A stretch of DNA of 63,108 bases, counting the filler, from Trichomonas gallinae (Eukaryota), in NCBI GenBank assembly GCA_008369845.1. It is 8 parts of 8 records of this genome, joined end to end, with 100 filler letters (N's around TTAATTAATTAA, not from the genome) between each part and the next. Parts side by side here need not be neighbours in the genome. Positions count along the whole stretch, not along the records: positions 15,360 to 25,310 come from MRSU01000741.1; positions 25,411 to 47,094 come from MRSU01000742.1; 6 more parts are not named here. One strand, 5' to 3'. Below are positions 21,530 to 32,385 of the stretch, piece by piece. Position 1 is the stretch's first letter. Every line of letters begins with the position of its first letter. A model generated the notes under the pieces. That model was not told where the DNA came from. It did not search any database and saw only the letters and a program-made list of their open reading frames with translations. The translations under genes were made by a program, and so were the position numbers.

Positions 21530-21703
21530 TCATTCTGCAGATGCAAGTACAGTACCGAAAAATGAAATGATATAGCTCTCCATAATAGTCAAATTCATAC
21601 ATTCCTGCATAAACGCCATCACCATGATTAGATCCCATGCTTTTCTATCATTTGAACCTAATAAATCAAAACCATTAGGGTATGGTGTATGAATTCCATG
21701 CAT
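21530..21703 (-). pseudogene. Possible discoidin/F5-8 type C-like gene relic
   Basis: Translates to MHGIHTPYPNGFDLLGSNDRKAWDLI..., resembling the PxxFxLxGSNDxxxW motif. Flanking frames are broken. Confidence 0.3.
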
Positions 21704-22795
21704 CACTATTCATTTAACTAGTAAAGCTCCTTTTGACTCAATTTTCAATAAAAATTATATTATGTGTAAGAATTGTAATATGTCGACATCATCAAATAGG
21801 TTATATAAATGTCTTGGATTCTGTAATCATATCTTTTGCATGTTATATTTTGAAGAAAACATGTATGAATGATTCCACTATCATTGATAGATGGTTGAAT
21901 CTAAATGACTTTGTCCATTTTTTTAAGTCAAGGAAGATGCTTCTAAGTCAGAACTGTATTGATATAAAATGACTTTTAATGAACCCCATCATCAAGAAAT
22001 ATCTTATCTCATAAGAAATAATGATTAAATTAACAAATATACAAATTTTGAAGTAATTGAAGATATGGAAACTTGAAAATAGTTTTTATATATTGGTTGA
22101 AGTCAAATATATCAGTGGCATCAAATGCTTCATTGTCTTTGAAGTAATTAATGAAATTTAAACATTTAGTCATGACATTTTCCAGTTAGTTGTATTTACT
22201 CGATGGTGCTCGTTTTCTAAAAATATAAAACTGCTACATTTATAGTGTTAATGTAATTACGATTTTCAGATCATGGCTTTAGTGAAATGAAATCTTGGCA
22301 TTTATCACAGAATAACCAATATTATGGATGGTGACGTTCATATGACAAAAAAATTAATAAAATTAAGGTCAAAAAAAAAAATTATAAAAACGATTATTTT
22401 CAATTCAAATTTCAATGCCATTTAAAATGGAAATAATCATAAGCATGATAATTGAATAATGAAAATATTTTCAAGATTGCTTTCGCACCCGTAAAATGTC
22501 GGAAATATTTTTTTAAGACTCTGAGAAAGTCAAATATATATAAAAAAACAGAATTATCGCGTGATGATGTGGTTTGAAGTCATAACAAAATTATTAACAA
22601 AATTATCGGTATGTTTGAATACTGAATCCAACAAAAGTGATGCAAAATCGAATAATAGCGCGTTACTTATGAAACACTTATAAATAAAGACCGATATCAT
22701 TAATACATTAGTTATAAAAAAAATTGGATCGGAATCCAAAAATTTGATGTTGATATTGAAAAATCTAAAATAAAAAAAATATTCATTTTTATTTG

Positions 22796-23326
22796 ATGAG
22801 TGAGAAGATATCGAAGAGCATCAAAGTCCCTTTCACTGAGAAGGAAGATGAGAAGCTAACTAAAATAGTTAAATCATTCAGCAAGAAGAGAGATATCAAT
22901 TGGAAATTCGTCAGTCAACAAATGGAAACACGAAATGCCCGTCAATGCAAGGATAGATGGACAAATTACTTGGATAGTAAAATTAATCGCTTAGATTTTA
23001 CAGCAGAAGAAAACCATTTCATTTTACTTAAAGTTGAAGAATTAGGTAGGAAATGGAAGAAAATCGCATCTCTTATGAAGAATAGAACAGATGTAGCTGT
23101 GAAATCGCAGTTTAGGAAACTTATGAGAAGAAATGCAACTATTCAAAATGTATATGACATTTGCACTGATCCTTATTCTACAAGAAGGAAGCCAAAGATC
23201 GGACAAAAGGAAGAATTCACATTTAGTGGGCCCGAACTACCAATTGTTGAAGAATTTTATGAAGATATTTTCGAAAACTTCGAATTTCTTAATAATGGAA
23301 TGAATTTCAATATAGATTTCCTTTAA
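22796..23326 (+). CDS. R2R3 Myb-like DNA-binding protein
   Basis: FTEKEDEKL...NWKFVS...RNARQCKDRWTNYL...FTAEEN...GRKWKKIA...RTDVAVK. Inr-like TCATTT just upstream. Confidence 0.92.
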   Translation: MSEKISKSIKVPFTEKEDEKLTKIVKSFSKKRDINWKFVSQQMETRNARQCKDRWTNYLDSKINRLDFTAEENHFILLKVEELGRKWKKIASLMKNRTDVAVKSQFRKLMRRNATIQNVYDICTDPYSTRRKPKIGQKEEFTFSGPELPIVEEFYEDIFENFEFLNNGMNFNIDFL

Positions 23327-23500
23327 GTTGTTGTTTATATTTGTATTGTAAGTAAAAACTCATATATTCGAAAAAATATAATAAAGTCGTAAAATATTTA
23401 TCAAATTCGTAAATAAAATTATAACTTATATGAGCAGCTGATTGTGTAGTAGAATGAAAAAGAGCTTATAATAGATTAATTTTTTATTCACAAAATTAAT

Positions 23501-24229
23501 TTAGTCTTTATTGACATATTTCTTTTCAAGCTCGATGGCACGTGGGAAAATGATGTTGTTTTCGATGTGAATGTGCTCGAAAAGTGCATTTACGAAGTCA
23601 CGAATCTGCTGATAAACCAAACGGAAGCTGTTGCAGCCATCTGGTGGACATGTGTAGTTGTTTGTAATGTCAGCAAGGTGGAAATACCTAGCACCTTCAG
23701 CTTCATGCTCTTCCTTGAGATTATTGATAATGCTTTCAACGGAACCAAACTTGTTTGGAGCGATCTGTGTGCCATTCTCGGAAGCCTGGAATAGTTCGAC
23801 TATGTATGGGAATAATTGCTCCTCTTCCTTAGCTAAATGTTGAATTAAAGCATCAACAGATTCATTGAATAACTTCTTAACTTCGTGTAATTCCGGATGA
23901 TGACCACCGTGCACGCCATCAACTTTAGCGAGAAGTCTCTGTGTGCCTGGTGCATTCTTTCTGATATTTCTGTGGTGAATCTTTAAAACGTAATCGACCA
24001 ATAAATCCAACGGCCACGATGAGAACTCCGCGTGTGCAGATGTTGACTCATGTTTCTTGTTAAGTTCGTTGTAGATTTCTTCGAGTGAAACGTTTGCGTT
24101 CTTGCATGCTTCACCTAATTTGTTGTATCCGTGGCAGCAGAAGTCAATACCGTATTTAGCGAAGACTGATGCATTTGAGAAACTCTCTGAGACGAATGAT
24201 GCGACTGTTCTCTCACTGAATTCTTCCAT
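23501..24229 (-). CDS. ytfE: Repair-of-iron-centres di-iron protein (RIC/YtfE/ScdA family)
   Basis: N-terminal GIDFCCHG (ScdA_N), hemerythrin-like ligands HH, HLAKEE.QLFP, EHE, EHIHIENNIIFP. ATG at 24229 is preceded by Inr-like TCATTTTTCATTC. Confidence 0.93.
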   Translation of the reverse strand: MEEFSERTVASFVSESFSNASVFAKYGIDFCCHGYNKLGEACKNANVSLEEIYNELNKKHESTSAHAEFSSWPLDLLVDYVLKIHHRNIRKNAPGTQRLLAKVDGVHGGHHPELHEVKKLFNESVDALIQHLAKEEEQLFPYIVELFQASENGTQIAPNKFGSVESIINNLKEEHEAEGARYFHLADITNNYTCPPDGCNSFRLVYQQIRDFVNALFEHIHIENNIIFPRAIELEKKYVNKD

Positions 24230-25234
24230 TCGAATGAAAAATGAAGTCAAATCATTATGATAAAAAAAATTGACATGAAATTTTCCCAACGATTATTTCT
24301 GATTCAAACTAAATTGATTTTGGGAAACTTTGGGAAAAATTGTTTTTCTTTCATTTGCATGACTTTTATATGCACATTATCGCTAGATTTTTAATTTTGG
24401 CCTGAAATACTGCATTTTTGATGATGCTTCCAAAACTTTCCCAACTTTCATCGTTAAATGAATGTAATACAAAAAGGGAAACTCATACTTAACCAGCAGC
24501 TTCATCATTATTCCATGAAAACTCAATATATGATAAAATGAAAAAATTTCCAATTTACAATTCCTTAGTTAATCAATCAATGAGTTCTCCTTTCACTGAA
24601 TTTTATATTGCCAAAGTTTGGAGCAAGTCAGCTGTGCAGTTCTGAGATTTTAATTCTATTTTAAAGGTATGGATGCTTTTATATATAAGTTTAAGTCAGA
24701 GTAATCATTAACATCGGCTTTGCATCACTTATATTCATGTTGCTTTATATTTATTAATTATCAAAGATAACTACCGAGCAATGTTTTGATTCAGATTCTA
24801 TTAATAAGGGTAATGCAATAAGAATGATCTTTACACAAAGTAACATGATTCTGCTGCAATAGAACTTTTTTTCTAAAAATCACATTATATTAAACTTCAA
24901 ATTTTGAAGAGCATTAAGTTTATGTATGCTTACACACTCGATGATACGCACCATTACATAGAAATAAAATGATTCAGATTTCATCGATGCTTATAAGGCT
25001 CGAGATCTCAAAAACAACAAATGACATGAGACAGTAATTCATGGATTGTTAGAATATACTGATCAGCCATATTTTCAATCTAAAATTATATTAATTTTTG
25101 CTATAAGTGCTACGCTCTCCTTGTTTTTCCATGTATTCTTTTTAGCGACTAAAATTGTTAAATTTATAAATTGACACATATATATTGACAGACAATAATA
25201 ATCACCCGAGTGAACTAAGGATTTTTCCGTTTAA

Positions 25235-25310
25235 GGGTCCGCTCCAGCCAAATAGCGGTCTATCGTCTAGATTTGGATGACCTCTCCAAAAGTGAGCATT
25301 AGGGTCGATT
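25235..25310. mobile_element. Candidate Kolobok-like element end running into a gap
   Basis: TTAA (25231-25234) followed by GGGTCCGCTCCAGCC. Same TTAA-GGG signature as 47025, 57011 and 63037. Second end not visible. Confidence 0.4.
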
Positions 25311-25416
25311 NNNNNNNNNNNNNNNNNNNNNNNNNNNNNNNNNNNNNNNNNNNNTTAATTAATTAANNNNNNNNNNNNNNNNNNNNNNNNNNNNNNNNNN
25401 NNNNNNNNNNAAAAAG

Positions 25417-25488
25417 CTCGGTCACCGGGAATCGAACCCGGATCAAAAGAACGACAATCTTACATGATAACCATTACACTATGACCGA
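25417..25488 (-). tRNA. tRNA-Asp (GTC)
   Basis: TCGGTCA acceptor pairs with TGACCGA; anticodon loop TT-GTC-GT; T arm CCGGG-TTCGATT-CCCGG; discriminator G; followed by a T5 Pol III terminator. 72 nt. Confidence 0.95.
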
Positions 25489-25772
25489 TTCACATTTTTA
25501 ATTATTTAATATTATTTATAGCGTATAAAAAAGATCACAAACTAATTCATATCATTTTGCTTTAAATTATAACTAGTCTACATCTGTTAATAATTATTCA
25601 ATAACGAAATTTCATATTAATATATTTTTATCTTTCGATGATTTGAATATTCGATATTATATTATAAAAAAAGCATAACTCTTAGTGATTATGTGTATAA
25701 AGAGCTGGATGTGGTAGTGAAATTATATATTAATTTAAAATATTTTAATACTTTCCAATATTGCTATAATTC

Positions 25773-26222
25773 TTATTTCTTGCCCTTCAACTTCAAGACC
25801 GGTGGATAAACCTTCGCGATCTCATCGATTGTAGCTTCGTAGTTGCTAGCTGCGAAGATTAATGAGCTTGTAAGCAAGCGGATAGCGAATGATTTTGGAA
25901 GTTTTTGTGGCTCTAAGTCGCCAAATGCGAATTTGACGGCTTCGCCAACAGTGAAACCAACAACATTAGCAGTAACGTTGGCAGCAAGCTTCTTACCGTA
26001 TGTTGGCTCCTGTAAGCTGTTTTCAAGGAAGTAGAGTGTAACATCTGTTGTGATGTGATCAACAACACTGCGGCAAGCTGATTTTCCAACTTTGATACCA
26101 AGTTGCTTGTAATCTCTTTCCTTATCAATGAAATATAATGAAGCTGCATCGACAGTCATTGTGATGGCTAATGACATGGTCAAGTCGTCGCAAATGCTAT
26201 CGATAAGTTGCTGGCGCTGCAT
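25773..26222 (-). CDS. Hypothetical protein (about 149 aa)
   Basis: Open frame with coding-like composition. ATG at 26222, with Inr GTCACTTT about 30 bp upstream. Confidence 0.7.
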   Translation of the reverse strand: MQRQQLIDSICDDLTMSLAITMTVDAASLYFIDKERDYKQLGIKVGKSACRSVVDHITTDVTLYFLENSLQEPTYGKKLAANVTANVVGFTVGEAVKFAFGDLEPQKLPKSFAIRLLTSSLIFAASNYEATIDEIAKVYPPVLKLKGKK

Positions 26223-27092
26223 TATGTCAAATTTCGAAACCACTTTCCCAAAAGTGACGACGTACGATTAATCTGTCAAATAAACATTCGTTTATTAAAT
26301 TTACGTGACAGATTTTTGTGTCATTGTAAGTTGTATTGTCTTTATCACATGTTTCGTCTTCAAAATTAGTCACATTATATGCAATTTTACAATTTGATGA
26401 TGTTTAGAAAGGTTAATATTATAATTTCAATCGAAAATCGAATATTTCACGATGAAAAATCAATTCTTGGGACTAATAGATTATGTAAATGACATTCCTA
26501 TCGCCTATATGCTCTTTTAATAATGTAATCCAGATTAGATTCCGTTTAAAATCATTTTTTTGAAAAAGATAGACATGAATTATCTAGTTATTTGTTAAAA
26601 TATTGTTCTATTTCGGTTTGTAAATTTCCTTGATGTATCCAAAATTTTAATCGATCCATAAAATCAAAATCTTCTTTTGAAAAAATCTATAAAAATGTCT
26701 GACTACTTTGCCAAATAGCTGTAAATAAGAAGTATATTAGAACTATGCTATCAACAGGTCGAAATTCCGAAGCCAGTTCAACAATTTTTCTCCAAATGAT
26801 AAAATATATCAAAAAAGCTAATGCTTATAGAATAATATATCAGGTTTTGCCACAATAAGATAAAACAAAAATGTTAGCCGAATTTTTTTATGTATATATT
26901 GTTTATGGATATTATGCAATTGACCAATCAGCGAAAAAATCGAAAAATAAAAAATGTAAACCTAAAAACCGTTTTTAAATAAAATTTGAATATTAATAGA
27001 GAAACGTTTATTAAGCATATAATAGAAAAACAGTTTATATTTATTTTGAGAGAATTTCGGCGTTTTGAATAGTTGCGACCACTTCACATCTA

Positions 27093-27806
27093 ATGTCGAA
27101 CGAACGCGATGTTGCTTTGTTCATGGCTCAAATCTATGACCAGACTGACCGCCATCAGGATATGGTCGACACAATGAAGAAGGTTATCGAGCTCTCTGCT
27201 GATCTTTCCAACGACGAGCGCAACCTCCTCTCTGTCGCATACAAGAACATCATCGGATCCCGCCGTAATGGTCTCCGCATGATCGCTGCTATCCTCGAGC
27301 ACGAAGATGGCCGTGGTAACACACAGCGCGTTGCTTCCCTTAACTCATATCGCAAGGTCATCCTTGGCGAACTTGAGAAGTACTGCAACGAGCTCATCGG
27401 CCTCGTCGACCTCTCCCTCCTCCCAGCTGCCAAGACAGCCGAGTCCCGCGTTTTCTACCAGAAGCTCAAGGCTGACTACTACCGCTATATCTGCGAGTCC
27501 CGCTCTGATGACGAGAAGGCTGAACCAGCCCAGAAGGCTAAGGAATGCTACGAGGCTGCCATGCAGATCTCCAACGCTGAAATCGCTCAGTACCGCCCAA
27601 CATCCCTCGGCCTTATCCTTAACTACTCCGTCTTCCTTTACGAAATCATCGGCGAGAAGCAGAAGGCTATCGATCTTGCTCAGAAGACATACAACACATG
27701 CTCCTCCAATGTTGAGAAGAACTCTGATGGCTCCTACTCCGAGGCTACAATGATCCTTCAGCTCCTTCGTGATAACGTTCAGCTCTGGACACAGGACAAC
27801 GAGTAA
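27093..27806 (+). CDS. 14-3-3 protein
   Basis: ERNLLSVAYKNIIGSRR, KLKADYYRY, LGLILNYSVFLYEI, SYSEATMILQLLRDNVQLWT. High-expression codon bias. Inr TCACA at 27084. Confidence 0.97.
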   Translation: MSNERDVALFMAQIYDQTDRHQDMVDTMKKVIELSADLSNDERNLLSVAYKNIIGSRRNGLRMIAAILEHEDGRGNTQRVASLNSYRKVILGELEKYCNELIGLVDLSLLPAAKTAESRVFYQKLKADYYRYICESRSDDEKAEPAQKAKECYEAAMQISNAEIAQYRPTSLGLILNYSVFLYEIIGEKQKAIDLAQKTYNTCSSNVEKNSDGSYSEATMILQLLRDNVQLWTQDNE

Positions 27807-28284
27807 ATTATTAATTTCGCTCATAACTTAAGTTTTTTTTTTCGATTTCCATTACATATAATTCCTTATTTTAGTTTACGTTTTTGTGCTGATATACATG
27901 AATATTCACCCTTTATCTATCGATTCCTGTTAAAAACAACATAGACATGATTTTATTACAACGGTTCCTTTACTTTTTGAGATGATGACTTAGAGTAAAC
28001 ACTACTATATTTTTAGTCATTTTTCATTAATTTTCGATTTTTCTATTTTTTAAACTCGAATTTGGAGCTTTTGGTATCATAGAACCAATTACATAATATA
28101 ATCTAAATAATTTCATCACATTAAATTGATATAATACCCATATTTAACGTTATGAAATATATTTTATTTTAATTATCCTGTTCGTACATTGAAAACAAAA
28201 TGCATTAGAGCCAAAAAATCGATGCATTCATTGAAAACATACTTGTTTAGTTGATGCCAAATAAAAAATAACGATATAATCAGT

Positions 28285-28995
28285 TTATGCGCCACCCGCA
28301 ACAGCTGATTGGTATGATGGGATCATGTATTTAATGTTGATATAGGCTTCTGGGCCGCCACTCTTTTCCATTTCTTCGAGAGTTTCATGAATTAAGTCTG
28401 AAAGGTTATTATGCTTGCGCTGGCTATATTCGATTCTATCGCCGATGTTCTTATTATCAAGGAAGAACTCATTGAAGACTGGCAAGATCTGACGATAATA
28501 TGGAACAAGAGCTTCACTGATCAAAGGATCAGCCTTGACGAGTGCCTGAATGACAGCCATACAGCGGCAGAGAATGTCTGGATCGCGTGTATTTAAGTCT
28601 TTCTTTAATGGTATGATTAACTGTGGAACAACAGCGAGGATTTTTGTCGGGCCTTGTGCGATAAGATCGAGTGTTCCGTAGTATGAGAAATACCAATATG
28701 GTTCTTCTGTCTCACGAAGTCCATCGAAGAAAACTGGTAAATAGTGGTGATAATCAAGAAGATCTGGAGAAACTTTCCAGTGAATTGGTCCAGTCTCTTC
28801 ACCGTAGTTACGAGAGATTGGTAAATCACCACGGTCGTAGAAACGACGGAATTGGGTAGATTCTTTCGGTGGTTTTGGCTTAGGGGCCATTCCGAGTCCT
28901 CTTGACTTAACAGCTGTTGTCTTCTTCCTTATTGTGCGATTTTGGACGGTTGGCTGTTCTTCTGTCTTTCCAAGGCGAGGCCTTTCTACAGACAT
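28285..28995 (-). CDS. PACRG: Parkin co-regulated gene protein (axonemal inner-junction protein)
   Basis: FRRFYDRGDLPI, LDYHHYLPVFFDGLRETEEPY, KILAVVPQLIIPLK, ALVPYYRQILPV, AYINIKYMIPSYQS. Confidence 0.96.
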   Translation of the reverse strand: MSVERPRLGKTEEQPTVQNRTIRKKTTAVKSRGLGMAPKPKPPKESTQFRRFYDRGDLPISRNYGEETGPIHWKVSPDLLDYHHYLPVFFDGLRETEEPYWYFSYYGTLDLIAQGPTKILAVVPQLIIPLKKDLNTRDPDILCRCMAVIQALVKADPLISEALVPYYRQILPVFNEFFLDNKNIGDRIEYSQRKHNNLSDLIHETLEEMEKSGGPEAYINIKYMIPSYQSAVAGGA

Positions 28996-29439
28996 GATAT
29001 ATATTTGTTAAATAACGAATTTTATTTGACATGTAAATTTATATTTGTCAGATTATACAACCAATGTTCTTCCTTTTATATCTACCATTTTTATGTCTTT
29101 GTTTGTTTATTCCATCAATTTTATAGTCCAATTTTAATTTTTTACAATATTTTTCGAATGAATTTTGAACTTTTGAAAGTTAACTATGATGTTTGGGATC
29201 AATAACAGTATTACTGAGTTAAAATAAATGTATTGGCTGTTTACTGAACCATTATTAACAAGGATTAAAAAGAATTGAATTTTGATTTTAATAAATGCGC
29301 TAAACAATCATTTGGCATGGTTGAATGAATATGTTCAATTCGAATATGATCAATTTAAAGAATGATAAATTTCAAAATAATGTAATAATCTTTTTTTATG
29401 AACAAGATACGTTTATTAACAACTGGTATTATCCAGATT

Positions 29440-30195
29440 TTACTTCTTAGATGGTGGAGGCTTGTCATCGATAACTACTGGAGAAGTTAAGAAATCTTCA
29501 AGTTTCTTTCTAAGTGCAGCGTTTTCCTGCTGATGGATTGCCATTTTCTCTTTATGTTCCTTCAGTTTCGCTTGAGCATCCATTTGATCATTTGTCTCTG
29601 CGTCTTTCATGCGTTTTTTAAGATCAGCGATCTTGTCCTCGAAAGCCTTGATCTCAGCCTCAAGTCTTTGATTTTCCTTTATAAGATTATTCTTATTTTG
29701 TTCTCTGTGAATAGCGCCACGAATTCCGTGAGCTGTAATTGACTCGTATTGTTTCTTATATCCGTTGATAGTTTCCTGAATTTCGTCCCTAATGTCGACT
29801 AGAAGCGTAGCTCTTTCGGTCGAATCGATAGCGACTTGTCGAATTACCTCGTTGAAACACTCATCGAAGAGGGCAGCCCTGATAGGACAAATTCCTGTGG
29901 CTCTGGCCTTTTTCTGTTTAAGGAGGGCGTCTAATTGCTCTTCAAGAGCGATAATGTCTGAGCGTGATGTAGCTGCGGTGCTAGCATGTTGCAGGTATTC
30001 TAAGCCGCCGTCGTTGATTTTCTTTGGAGGGAATATCTTGTCGAGGAAGTCAACCAACCATTGTTGTGGATTTGCTGCTGCAGGTGCTGCCGCCTTTTTG
30101 ATCTTTTTTGTGTTCACAAGCTCGCTTATGACTGGGGCATCGTATTTAAGCAGTGCTTCGCTGACAGGTTCAGTCGTCGTAGCAGGCTGCGTCAT
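29440..30195 (-). CDS. DNALI1: Axonemal inner-arm dynein light chain p28 family
   Basis: LLKYDAP, IFPP, SRSDII.LEEQLD, ARATGICPIR..LFDECFNEVIRQV, ERATLL..IRDE, C-terminal coiled coil. Confidence 0.9.
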   Translation of the reverse strand: MTQPATTTEPVSEALLKYDAPVISELVNTKKIKKAAAPAAANPQQWLVDFLDKIFPPKKINDGGLEYLQHASTAATSRSDIIALEEQLDALLKQKKARATGICPIRAALFDECFNEVIRQVAIDSTERATLLVDIRDEIQETINGYKKQYESITAHGIRGAIHREQNKNNLIKENQRLEAEIKAFEDKIADLKKRMKDAETNDQMDAQAKLKEHKEKMAIHQQENAALRKKLEDFLTSPVVIDDKPPPSKK

Positions 30196-30352
30196 TTTTG
30201 AAAAAAATTCGTTATTTTTTGTCGTCTTCTATTTTAGCAGTTTGTTACATTATTTATGATATATATCAGATATAATGCAGAAATATCAACCAAAAAACCC
30301 AAAATAACGATTTTTCAAAATTCTTTAATTTTATTTTTCATTTTCATCGAAC

Positions 30353-30541
30353 AATAACTAGATCAATAAAACACATTTAGTCTGTTCATGATAATACTTC
30401 ATTATTTTAAATAATATTGGAATCATAAGCTAATTTGCCTTTTCATTGAATAAAAACTAGATAAATAATACATATTTGGTCTGTTCATGATAATAATTCA
30501 TAATTTTTAGTTATAAAAAAAAAAAAATCATAAGTTAATTG
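30353..30541. repeat. Diverged direct duplication (two copies of about 85-90 bp)
   Basis: AACTAGAT.AATAA.ACA.ATTT.GTCTGTTCATGATAATA.TTCAT...AATCATAAG.TAATT occurs twice. Confidence 0.7.
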
Positions 30542-30912
30542 TCTTCGTAGAAGTTCAATTCTTTATAATGCGTTTGTTTTGGATGAAAAAAAAAATCTAA
30601 AAAATGACTCTTTCTCATGAGAATAACAAAAATTTCTAATTTGTTGTTATTCAATCAATTTAACATATGAAGTTAACTAACATTTCATTAGTATATTATA
30701 TATCTGCAAGTAAATGATTCAGTTCCAAATTTAAAATGTATTTCAAAATAATATCATAAATCAAGAGCTGTTTCATTATCTATCAACACAAAATCAATTC
30801 TACTAAATATATTTTCGTATATATTTTCAAAATAAAAGATATAAAATTTTCAAAATAAAATGTTGAAGATTAGCAAATAAATTTTCCATCAAAGTGACCA
30901 ACTGGCATATAA

Positions 30913-31839
30913 CTACTTGAGTTCTAACTCATTTCCATTATTTTGTTTTAATCGCTTCAAAGTCATTTGTAGTCTTTGTTGAGGGGTTAAATCTAGCCCA
31001 TCCTCTTCGCCATCATATTTTTTATTGACTTCTTCAACGTATTCTGGGTTTATTTCATAAATTCCCGTTAATTTTGTATTCGGTAGTGGAAGAAGCCATA
31101 AATATGGATTATCACCAAGTCTGCAGCACAAATTCTTGTAAAGTGAGCCTGTATCATATTTTGAGCCACTTTTAATTTTCTTCATTTTATTTATTTCGAA
31201 TTCTACTGTTGTTTGGTTGACAATCATCAATTCGATCTGTGTTTGAAGCATACCAACAAGGAGGAAGTCTAAAACTAAAAACATTATCACGCTAAAAATG
31301 CATAAGATTATTCCGGCTTTAAATGCGCCTCTGAACCAAAATATCTGTGAATAAACCGGAATGACACTAATAGACAATATAACAGCCGATAACATGAACA
31401 AAATAAACATCCTGTAGTTTCTTTTTCCAACAGTATTGTTAATGAAAGGGCAAAAATGCTCATATTCTAGAATACATTTATTATACTGTTTATCATGATG
31501 AGTTCTAGGGGGTCTTTCACTCTTGCAATAGTAACAATGGTTTATTTCTAGATGATCATCTAATTCTTCTTTATATCCTGGTTGTGATTTAATAATTTCC
31601 AATCTTTCTATTGTCAATACCCCAGGGTCTGAAAATATAACACTTAAATAACATATTGCCGCATAAAGAAAAATTAGATAATGTATTTTGATCCAAAAAA
31701 GACTTAAATTAAGTGAAGATAATTCAATATATATGTAGAGGAACATGAAGTATTCATGTGATAGAAACATAACACATATGAATATAACAAGAAAGAAAGG
31801 AAAATGAATTTTAAATAACATAAATATGAAAAGTGACAT
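30913..31839 (-). CDS. DHHC-family palmitoyltransferase with variant EHFC motif
   Basis: SDPG, CxxC...RPPRTHH, EHFCPFINNTVGKRNY.MF, NQTTVE, YDTG..NL, four hydrophobic segments. The true start may be 31821 because an Inr overlaps the first ATG. Confidence 0.88.
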   Translation of the reverse strand: MSLFIFMLFKIHFPFFLVIFICVMFLSHEYFMFLYIYIELSSLNLSLFWIKIHYLIFLYAAICYLSVIFSDPGVLTIERLEIIKSQPGYKEELDDHLEINHCYYCKSERPPRTHHDKQYNKCILEYEHFCPFINNTVGKRNYRMFILFMLSAVILSISVIPVYSQIFWFRGAFKAGIILCIFSVIMFLVLDFLLVGMLQTQIELMIVNQTTVEFEINKMKKIKSGSKYDTGSLYKNLCCRLGDNPYLWLLPLPNTKLTGIYEINPEYVEEVNKKYDGEEDGLDLTPQQRLQMTLKRLKQNNGNELELK

Positions 31840-32385
31840 TTATTTTTTAAAAAATCATTTTTTTTGTCTTTTCTATGATAGTTAACTGAGTTTTATTACT
31901 ACACAAACATTTAACAGAATGAAACTGTTAATATATATATGTTTATTAGCTACCTATATATATCATATTTGCACATTTAGTAGCTGTTGTGAAAGTTTGG
32001 AGTAAATCCATATAGCTTACGCCAAACACATTTCCAGCACCATTCATAATGAAATCCTTGTATAATCAGAAAATATTTATTTTACAATAAATGATCTATG
32101 CATGCTAAATTCTGAATATGGACATCCTGAATAGCAACTTCTTAATATCAAAATAATTCATTAATGCTTGATAAAAATTAATAAATTTTCTTTAGCAATG
32201 ATCATCATGCAGCCTATTAGATCATTTTAATACACATAAAATGCGTTGTATATTATTAAAGAGTCTTTGTTATTCTTAATTCACATATTATGGTTTCATT
32301 CATAGTAAAATAGATTATGAATGACTCCAATTGTATTTTTAACTGTATATAAGTAAATACGCATTGATTAATGATAATTCTATTT

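Noticed and set aside
16107..24229. Bacterial contamination or a bacterial island explaining coaBC and RIC
   Set aside because: Both lie on one contig interleaved with Myb and LRR genes, show host-like codon usage and upstream motifs, and have no operon structure.
27090..27824. Long antisense and alternate-frame ORFs over 14-3-3 (and similar ones over other genes)
   Set aside because: Expected by-product of biased codon usage; no recognisable protein features.
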